In this document: piece after piece, positions 56,170 to 64,000 of the stretch
Numbering within the stretch: position 1 is the first letter of the stretch
How the letters are laid out: each line of letters starts with the position of its first letter
Program-made: the position numbers and the translations under genes
Assembly (NCBI GenBank): GCA_965221865.1
Contig: OZ244918.1
Span: forward strand, 1,318,724 to 1,382,723
DNA: 64,000 nucleotides
Reading direction: 5' to 3'
DNA from: Candidatus Poriferisocius sp.
Lineage (GTDB): Bacteria; Actinomycetota; Acidimicrobiia; Acidimicrobiales; Bin134
The notes under the pieces: generated by a model
The model's database searches: none
The model's input: only the letters and a program-made list of their open reading frames with translations
What the model was told of the DNA's origin: nothing

Positions 56170-56436
56170 CTAAAAACCACCGATGCCGTCGCCAGTAAGA
56201 GTGGCAAACAGTGGGTACATTAGCATTGCCGTCGATGGGTTAGCCTCAGCCGAAACCTGCTGAACAACCAACACAATCCAAGCCTGAACCACCTGATCTA
56301 ACTCAACTCGAGCCCGCCTAGCAGTGTCACGAACTCCAAGCGCTGCTAGCACGGATGCCACAAGATGCGCAGCGTTTATCTCGTTTGTAAAGGGCGTGTA
56401 GCTAGGTTTTAGTGTGTTTACGTTACTATCCAACAT
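56170..56436 (-). pseudogene. Second HNH/DUF222 3'-fragment (repeat copy 2 at 56347-56424) embedded in an 88-codon ORF
   Basis: In the HNH reading frame the repeat reads KT*LHALYKRDKRCASCGIRASS, which contains an in-frame stop. The ORF-track protein is in a different frame and has no recognisable family. Confidence 0.4.
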
Positions 56437-56553
56437 AAAGCGTCAAATGGCTTGATAGTGCGCCACTGCTCAGATAGGCAAAATTGCGGATGTGTACTAC
56501 AGGCACACAGAACTCTTCATTGGCAAATCGACGGGCAGCGATTGTTGCGAGGT

Positions 56554-57822
56554 CTAAAAAGTTCTTGGGGGACTCCACAACGCACTAAGGGGTAATGCCC
56601 ATACCCGATCCTCAATTTGAAAAGGCACAGAGGCACTGCTCAAAATCACACCGCCAGCAAAGTCATCTCCCAGTTGTTCCCTCAACCACAAAAGCCCTTT
56701 GGCGTCATTACGACTTACACTATTTGAAGACTTAACTTCAATACCTACAATTTTGCCACGACTCTCTAACACAATGTCCACCTCCTTACCATCGCGGTTT
56801 CGCAGGTGAAACATCTGCACCTCTTCTTGTGCAGTTTCAAGATGTGCCAGCAATTCTGTGGCTACAAAAGTTTCAAACATCTGCCCCACTAATGCAGCAT
56901 TTCGCCCCAGCGAAACACTGTCAACGTTAAGTAAGTAGGCAGCCATTCCAGGATCGAGCAAAAATACCCGAGGCGATCGAGTTAATCGTTGCAACCGCTT
57001 TGAGTGCCACGCAGGAATGCGTCTAATAACGCTAAGATCTTCAAGCAAACCGAGATAGCCATCTGCTGTCTTGAAATCAACACCAGCATCGCGCGCTACA
57101 GCCTGCTTATTGAGTTCCAAGCCTGTTCTAATAGCGCACGACTCCAGCACTGAACGTAACTTTCCCGCAAGCAACGAGCGGGCGGTAACTTGTAAAGAAT
57201 CCCGATCCAAAAGCTGTTCGACATAAGAGCGGTACCATCTGCGAAGATTCCTTCCGCTCAAATCGACAGCTACTGGGAATCGCCCACCCACGATTGCCTC
57301 AAGATAATCGTTGCGAGTCCACTGCGACTGCTCGAATTGCACCCCACTAAGGCGGAACAAAACATCAAGCGGGTTATACCTCTCAATGCCTGCAATTTCC
57401 GCTCGGGTCAAGCCGTGCATCCGAACCCGAATAAAACGTCCCGTTCCCGGCCATGTGGCAACCTGCTGAGCTGCCCGAACCGAACCAGTTACGATAAACC
57501 GCCCCAGACGGCGAGAACGGTCGAAATCCACAGCTCGCTTAATCGCCCCAAGTATTTCAGGTACTTCTTGCCATTCATCTACTAACAACGTGCCATCGGT
57601 TATTGCCAACACGCCGTCAGGGTCTTCCGTTGCAGCTAAACGATCTCCAGGCGCAGACAAATCTAAAACAGAATCAGCAAAGCGTCCCATCGATGTGGAC
57701 TTCCCGCAACCGCGCGGGCCGATAACCATAAGCGCAGGAAAAACCGGCAACAACTCTTCAATGGCCAGCCATTCCACGGCGCGGGGATATAAACTTTCTG
57801 GCTCATTGCCCGAAACAATCAC
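56554..57822 (-). CDS. AAA+ ATPase, DUF4143-type (full length)
   Basis: Walker A is GPRGCGKST and Walker B is LLVDEWQEVPE. The C-terminal DUF4143 / PD-(D/E)xK-like part reads ...GKEVDIVLESRGKIVGIEVKSS. Confidence 0.75.
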   Translation of the reverse strand: MIVSGNEPESLYPRAVEWLAIEELLPVFPALMVIGPRGCGKSTSMGRFADSVLDLSAPGDRLAATEDPDGVLAITDGTLLVDEWQEVPEILGAIKRAVDFDRSRRLGRFIVTGSVRAAQQVATWPGTGRFIRVRMHGLTRAEIAGIERYNPLDVLFRLSGVQFEQSQWTRNDYLEAIVGGRFPVAVDLSGRNLRRWYRSYVEQLLDRDSLQVTARSLLAGKLRSVLESCAIRTGLELNKQAVARDAGVDFKTADGYLGLLEDLSVIRRIPAWHSKRLQRLTRSPRVFLLDPGMAAYLLNVDSVSLGRNAALVGQMFETFVATELLAHLETAQEEVQMFHLRNRDGKEVDIVLESRGKIVGIEVKSSNSVSRNDAKGLLWLREQLGDDFAGGVILSSASVPFQIEDRVWALPLSALWSPPRTF

Positions 57823-58084
57823 AAGAAAATCCTACATCTGCTGGCTCGAAAATCCTATGATTGCCGCTACCAGCAATCGACATACACATGCTGTGCTTTA
57901 GCAAAAAACTCTATCCCTTGGTCGCTATGATAGTTCAAGCCGAACATACGTTCAGTCCGTTATAGTCACCGACGGGTCATGCCTATCTACGTAGACAGGT
58001 GGATAATCGCCTCACACACATCTGCACAACTTCTCCACCTAGCTGCGATATGGTTACGGTAAAAGGAGGTAAGCCCTGAAACTC

Positions 58085-58797
58085 ATGAACGACACCCGGT
58101 TCAATGTACCGATTTACACTGTCAGCGAAGCGGCACGAATCGTAGATGTCCCTGCTGCAACCCTCGGTAACTGGGCAAAGGGGTACACCCGACACCCCCT
58201 GGCCGTCCTAAAGTGACTAGCAAACCTATACTCACCTACTTGCCCGCCAACATAGCAAGAGAACCTACAATCCCATTCGTTGGCCTAGCAGAAGGATTGG
58301 TGCTTGCAGCCATCCGCCGCAGCGGGATTCCTATGCAGCGGGTGCGTCCCGCTTTAGATAAATTGCAACAACAAATGGGCGTTGAGCATGCCCTTGCCTC
58401 CCAAAAGCTTTACACCGACGGCGTTGAACTTCTGTTCGATTATGCCAAGCAAAACCAAAAATCCGAGCTAAAACCAAGCGCCAAAACCTTGGTAGTAATC
58501 CGAAACGGCCAAAGAGTATTTACAGAGATAATTGAACAATACCTCAAATGCATTCACTACGGTTCAGACGGATATGCCTCCACTATCCGTGTTCCTGTAT
58601 ATCAACATGCGCAAGTTGTAGCCGACCCAACTCGATCATTCGGCTCTCCTATTTTTGAGCACGGCGGCTCACGTGTATCTGATGTACTTGAGCGTTTCTG
58701 GGCCGGTGAATCTCTCAATGACCTAAACAAAGAATTTGGCGTTCCCCATCACCAGCTAGAAGACGTCGTCCGTGCTACATCCCAACGGGCTGCCTGA
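58085..58797 (+). pseudogene. MerR-like HTH + DUF433 protein (antitoxin-like), read in two frames; either frameshifted or a GTGA-coupled split
   Basis: 58085-58216 reads MNDTRFNVPIYTVSEAARIVDVPAATLGNWAKGYTRHPLAVLK*. ORF 58213-58797 ends with the DUF433 motif VADPTRSFGSPIFEHGGSRVSDVLERFWAGESLNDLNKEFGV. A 1-nt change in the C5 run at 58195-58199 would fuse the two pieces (…TRHPPGRPKVTSKP…). Confidence 0.5.
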
Positions 58798-58958
58798 CCT
58801 CTTCAGTGACACATTTATACTATGGCTGCGCATGAATATGCTATTATTAAAGCATGCGTGCCACAGTAACGCTTGCTGATGATAGAGCCGCTGTAGTAGC
58901 ACAACATAGAAACAGACTCGTTAAAAAATGCTCACCTTTTCAAAATATCTGTCGCTAG

Positions 58959-59498
58959 ATGCATGCCGCAACTAAATCGCCAGCTGAAACCCGTAACCTA
59001 GCTGCCGCCCTAGCATCCCTAGCCGAACCGGGAGATCTAATCTTACTAGTGGGCGATTTAGGCGCTGGCAAAACCACCTTTACCCAGGGATTTGCTGCAG
59101 CTCTCGGTGTGTCCACCCAAGTAACCAGCCCAACTTTTACTTTAGCCAACCAATATCAAGGGAAACTGCTAATACATCATCTAGATGTATTTCGACTAGA
59201 GCAGATCTCCGAAGTGTTGGATTTAGATTTATTTGAGCTATTAGACAGCGAAGGAGTAACCCTCATTGAGTGGGGAAACGTAGTACGCCAAACCCTGCCA
59301 GACGAATACCTAGAAATTGCCCTTACATTTGGTAACGCCACCGCAGACCCTGTTGCCCAGCAAACCACAGCAACATCTATAAAAACACCTACAATAACAT
59401 CTGATTATCGGACAATCACATTGCAACCAACCGGTGCCCGCTGGCTAGACAGAACTACACCCATCCAAAACGCCCTACAACCGTGGCTAATCACATAA
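58959..59498 (+). CDS. tsaE: tRNA t6A37 biosynthesis ATPase TsaE
   Basis: The translation is LLVGDLGAGKTTFTQGFAAALGV...VTSPTFTL, and the gene sits in the conserved tsaE-tsaB-rimI-tsaD context. Confidence 0.88.
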   Translation: MHAATKSPAETRNLAAALASLAEPGDLILLVGDLGAGKTTFTQGFAAALGVSTQVTSPTFTLANQYQGKLLIHHLDVFRLEQISEVLDLDLFELLDSEGVTLIEWGNVVRQTLPDEYLEIALTFGNATADPVAQQTTATSIKTPTITSDYRTITLQPTGARWLDRTTPIQNALQPWLIT

Positions 59499-59535
59499 TA
59501 CCACTTAATGCTTAGCCCATGCTGACCCTAAAACA

Positions 59536-60234
59536 ATGCTAATACTAGGCATAGAATCTGCCACTCAACAGGTGGGCTGTGCCTTAGGTGGACACGAAGG
59601 CGTGCTGGCCTCAGCTCACAGTGCGCGTGGGCGCTACCACGCCGAAACCATCACCCCGCAAGTGCAGTTTGTTGCCCAACAAGCTCGCATCAAGCTACAA
59701 GAAGTGAGTTGCATAGCCGTAGATTTAGGCCCTGGTCTTTACACTGGGCTAAGAGTGGGCATTTCCAGCGCTATGGCCATGGCCTATGCCTTAGAGGTGC
59801 CGATGATCGGTGTTTCTAGTTTAGATCTCTTAGCGTTTGCGGTGCGCTACACCAACCGACTCATCGTGACAGCAATCGACGCACGCCGCAGCGAGCTATT
59901 TTATGCCTGCTACCGCCAAGTACCCGGAGGCATCCAGCGGGTAACCGAACCGCAAGTAGGCACACCCACCGACTTAGCAACCGAGCTATCAGCAACCAAC
60001 TCTGAAACACTGCTAGTAGGCGACGGGGCAAGGCGCTACTATGAAACTTTTGCGAGCCTGCAAAAAACCGAAATTGCCGAGCAAGGGCTAGCCCACCCTT
60101 CGGCTGCCTCTCTAGTGCAACTTGCCCACGCTCGCGCAGTGCGTGAGGAGTTTGTAAAACCGTGGGAGTTACGTCCCATCTACCTGCGGGTACCCGATGC
60201 CGACATCAGCTGGCATACACGTAGCTCGCCATGA
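59536..60234 (+). CDS. tsaB: tRNA t6A37 biosynthesis protein TsaB
   Basis: The translation is MLILGIESATQQVGCAL...GPGLYTGLRVGIS, and the operon position fits. Confidence 0.88.
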   Translation: MLILGIESATQQVGCALGGHEGVLASAHSARGRYHAETITPQVQFVAQQARIKLQEVSCIAVDLGPGLYTGLRVGISSAMAMAYALEVPMIGVSSLDLLAFAVRYTNRLIVTAIDARRSELFYACYRQVPGGIQRVTEPQVGTPTDLATELSATNSETLLVGDGARRYYETFASLQKTEIAEQGLAHPSAASLVQLAHARAVREEFVKPWELRPIYLRVPDADISWHTRSSP

Positions 60235-60905
60235 TACTTACAACTAATCCAAAACCCACAAAGCCACCCCTGCAAAATAACCCCACTATCACCATTGAGC
60301 CGATGCGCCGAACATCAATAAACGAAGTAATGGCTATTGACGCTAAGTGCTATCCAAAACCGTGGCCTAAGTCTCTCTACGAAACCGAACTTCGTGCCTC
60401 CTCTAACCGTTGCTATGTAATAGCCCGCTCCCACACAACCAACACCAGTGGCCACAGCACCGGTGGCCATGACCACAACACCGTTGAGCGCAACGTCGTT
60501 AAACACATATATATAGTTGGACACGGGGGTATGGCTTTTGAAAAAGATGCCGCTCACATCACCACATTGGCAGTCGATCCCCAATGGCGCGGCCAAAAAA
60601 TAGGCATCCGCCTGCTGCTAGCACTAGCTATAGCCGCAAGAAAACGCAGCAGCTCTCTGCTGCTAGAAGTTGGAATCGACAACCCAGCGGCCCAAGCTCT
60701 TTACCGACGCTTCGGCTTAGCGCCCATCGGCATCCGCAAAAACTACTACACAGCAATGGGTTTTTTAGCTGCAGGCCTGTCGCCCGATGCACTTGTGATG
60801 CGAGCCGACAACATCAACCAACCCGACTATGCTAACCGCCTTTGCAAAATAGCTTTAGAACTCCCTAAGCCCAGCTACCAAAACAACCCAAGCCCAACCC
60901 ACTAA
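60231..60905 (+). CDS. rimI: GNAT acetyltransferase, RimI-like (ribosomal-protein-alanine N-acetyltransferase)
   Basis: The acetyl-CoA motif is LAVDPQWRGQKIGIRLL...NPAAQALYRRFGL. The position between tsaB and tsaD fits. The protein is longer than a typical RimI, so the start is uncertain. Confidence 0.75.
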   Translation: MILTTNPKPTKPPLQNNPTITIEPMRRTSINEVMAIDAKCYPKPWPKSLYETELRASSNRCYVIARSHTTNTSGHSTGGHDHNTVERNVVKHIYIVGHGGMAFEKDAAHITTLAVDPQWRGQKIGIRLLLALAIAARKRSSSLLLEVGIDNPAAQALYRRFGLAPIGIRKNYYTAMGFLAAGLSPDALVMRADNINQPDYANRLCKIALELPKPSYQNNPSPTH

Positions 60906-60925
60906 CTACACTAGCTACACCTGGA

Positions 60926-61987
60926 TTGCCAATGATCACAGCACCCCCAAACACCTCACAAACTAGCGCCAACATACTGCTCGGCATCGAAACTTCCTGC
61001 GATGAAACAGCCGCAGCAGTGATAGCAGGCCCTAACAACGTGTTGTCTTCGGTTATAAGCAGTCAAGTGGATTTGCACGCGCGCTACGGCGGGGTGGTGC
61101 CAGAAATCGCTAGCCGCGCCCATGTAGAAATGCTTACCCCGGTTGTGGCTCAAGCCGTAGTAGAAGCAGGTATCAAAAACAACGACATTAAAGCAGTAGC
61201 CGCAACGCAAGGCCCCGGGCTGATAGGCGCGCTATTGGTAGGGGTCAGCGCGGCTAAATCGCTAGCACTAGTATGGGATGTACCCTTCGTAGCAGTAAAC
61301 CACCTAGAAGCACACCTTTACTCTTCGTTCTTAGAAGAACCCAACCTAGAACTCCCTGTGGCGATCTTGTTGGTGTCAGGCGGTCACACTCTTTTGGTGC
61401 TGATGGAGGCTTTCGGACAATACCGCCTTGTTGGCCAAACCTTAGACGATGCCGCAGGGGAAGCCTTCGACAAAGTGGCTCGCTTTATGGATTTGGGCTA
61501 CCCGGGCGGCCCTGTAATCGACCAGCTAGCCATTTCCGGCAACCCTGAAGCTGTCCACTTCCCCAGACCTATGTATAACAATGGTTACAACTTTTCCTTC
61601 AGCGGGCTAAAAACCGCAGTAATAAACTACGTGCGCAACAACCCTAGCTTAGATGTGGCTGATGTAGCTGCCTCGTTTCAAGAAGCTGTGGCCGATGTGC
61701 TAATCCACAAAGCTCGCAAAGCTGCACAGCAATATGGTGCCAAAGGGCTATGCCTATCTGGAGGTGTTGCAGCTAACTCGTTGCTGCGAAAACGCCTGAT
61801 AGATGTTTGTGCTGCCGATGGCATCGTTGGGTTTTTGCCTAGCCGCTCTATGTGTACCGATAACGCAGCAATGGTGGCTGCAGCAGGCTGGCACAGGCTG
61901 AACATGGATGGTCCCTCACCTCTAGATACTGGCGCCGATCCCAACCTGCCCTTATCATTTTTAGAGAAATCATTTTTAGAGAAATAA
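60926..61987 (+). CDS. tsaD: tRNA N6-adenosine threonylcarbamoyltransferase TsaD
   Basis: Characteristic segments are LGIETSCDETAAAV, VNHLEAHLYS, LLVSGGHTLL and LSGGVAANSLLR. Confidence 0.93.
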   Translation: MPMITAPPNTSQTSANILLGIETSCDETAAAVIAGPNNVLSSVISSQVDLHARYGGVVPEIASRAHVEMLTPVVAQAVVEAGIKNNDIKAVAATQGPGLIGALLVGVSAAKSLALVWDVPFVAVNHLEAHLYSSFLEEPNLELPVAILLVSGGHTLLVLMEAFGQYRLVGQTLDDAAGEAFDKVARFMDLGYPGGPVIDQLAISGNPEAVHFPRPMYNNGYNFSFSGLKTAVINYVRNNPSLDVADVAASFQEAVADVLIHKARKAAQQYGAKGLCLSGGVAANSLLRKRLIDVCAADGIVGFLPSRSMCTDNAAMVAAAGWHRLNMDGPSPLDTGADPNLPLSFLEKSFLEK

Positions 61988-62027
61988 AACCCCTAAAGTT
62001 GTTGTTAGCAATACCAAAGCCGTAGCA

Positions 62028-62054
62028 TTAGCACTCGCGTACCGAGAGTGCTAA
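62028..62054. promoter_or_regulatory. CIRCE operator (HrcA binding site), perfect TTAGCACTC-N9-GAGTGCTAA
   Basis: Read directly: ttagcactc gcgtaccga gagtgctaa, 31 nt upstream of the groES start. Confidence 0.92.
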
Positions 62055-62084
62055 AACTCAAATCAACCATTGTAGGAGGCCCAA

Positions 62085-64000
<1,916 letters not shown>

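Overview
The window is chromosomal DNA at roughly 50% GC. It most likely comes from an actinobacterium. The supporting gene order is rplM-rpsI-glmM, then alr-tsaE-tsaB-rimI-tsaD-groES-groEL, plus amt/glnD, DUF222-HNH remnants and several starts that look leaderless. No database search was possible, so the taxon call is inference.

Layout:
(1) 1-13.5 kb is an accessory defence and toxin-antitoxin island. It holds a DUF4143 ATPase, a vapB antitoxin with an internally deleted vapC, and an ORC/STAND-like ATPase. It also holds a translationally coupled pair: a 1062-aa N6-adenine methyltransferase carrying an in-frame G15 tract, and a 1107-aa PLD-nuclease/SNF2-helicase fusion. The rest is a relBE-type TA pair, a P-loop-less DUF4143 remnant, a Fur-family regulator and several gene fragments.
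(2) 13.5-18.9 kb carries a lipoprotein / adaptor / ABC ATPase / FtsX-permease operon, a dual-HTH LuxR regulator and an NTF2-like protein.
(3) 18.9-24.1 kb carries amt, a LarE-like PP-loop ATPase, glnD and a NUDIX gene. No PII gene is present here.
(4) 24.2-26.3 kb is a nuclease-methyltransferase pseudogene broken by at least two frameshifts.
(5) 26.4-29.5 kb carries tpx, an orphan low-GC two-gene cassette and an AI-2E transporter.
(6) 29.8-46.4 kb is a complete S10-spc-alpha ribosomal superoperon. It starts at rplC without rpsJ and includes secY, adk, infA, rpmJ, rpoA, truA, rplM and rpsI.
(7) 46.4-53.3 kb carries glmM, an unusually large 993-aa GlmS-like protein, nnr and alr.
(8) 53.4-58.9 kb carries an S58 peptidase and a decayed mobile island with DUF222/HNH fragments, an IS30 fragment, a DUF4143 ATPase and a frameshifted HTH-DUF433 gene.
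(9) 59-64 kb carries tsaE-tsaB-rimI-tsaD, a perfect CIRCE operator, groES and a 3'-partial groEL.

I found no rRNA, tRNA or CRISPR array. The best candidate for an undescribed system is the methyltransferase plus PLD-SNF2 helicase module at 2462-8977, possibly with the upstream ATPase. It looks like a DISARM/BREX-type modification-dependent defence reduced to two or three genes, apparently phase-variable through the poly-G tract.
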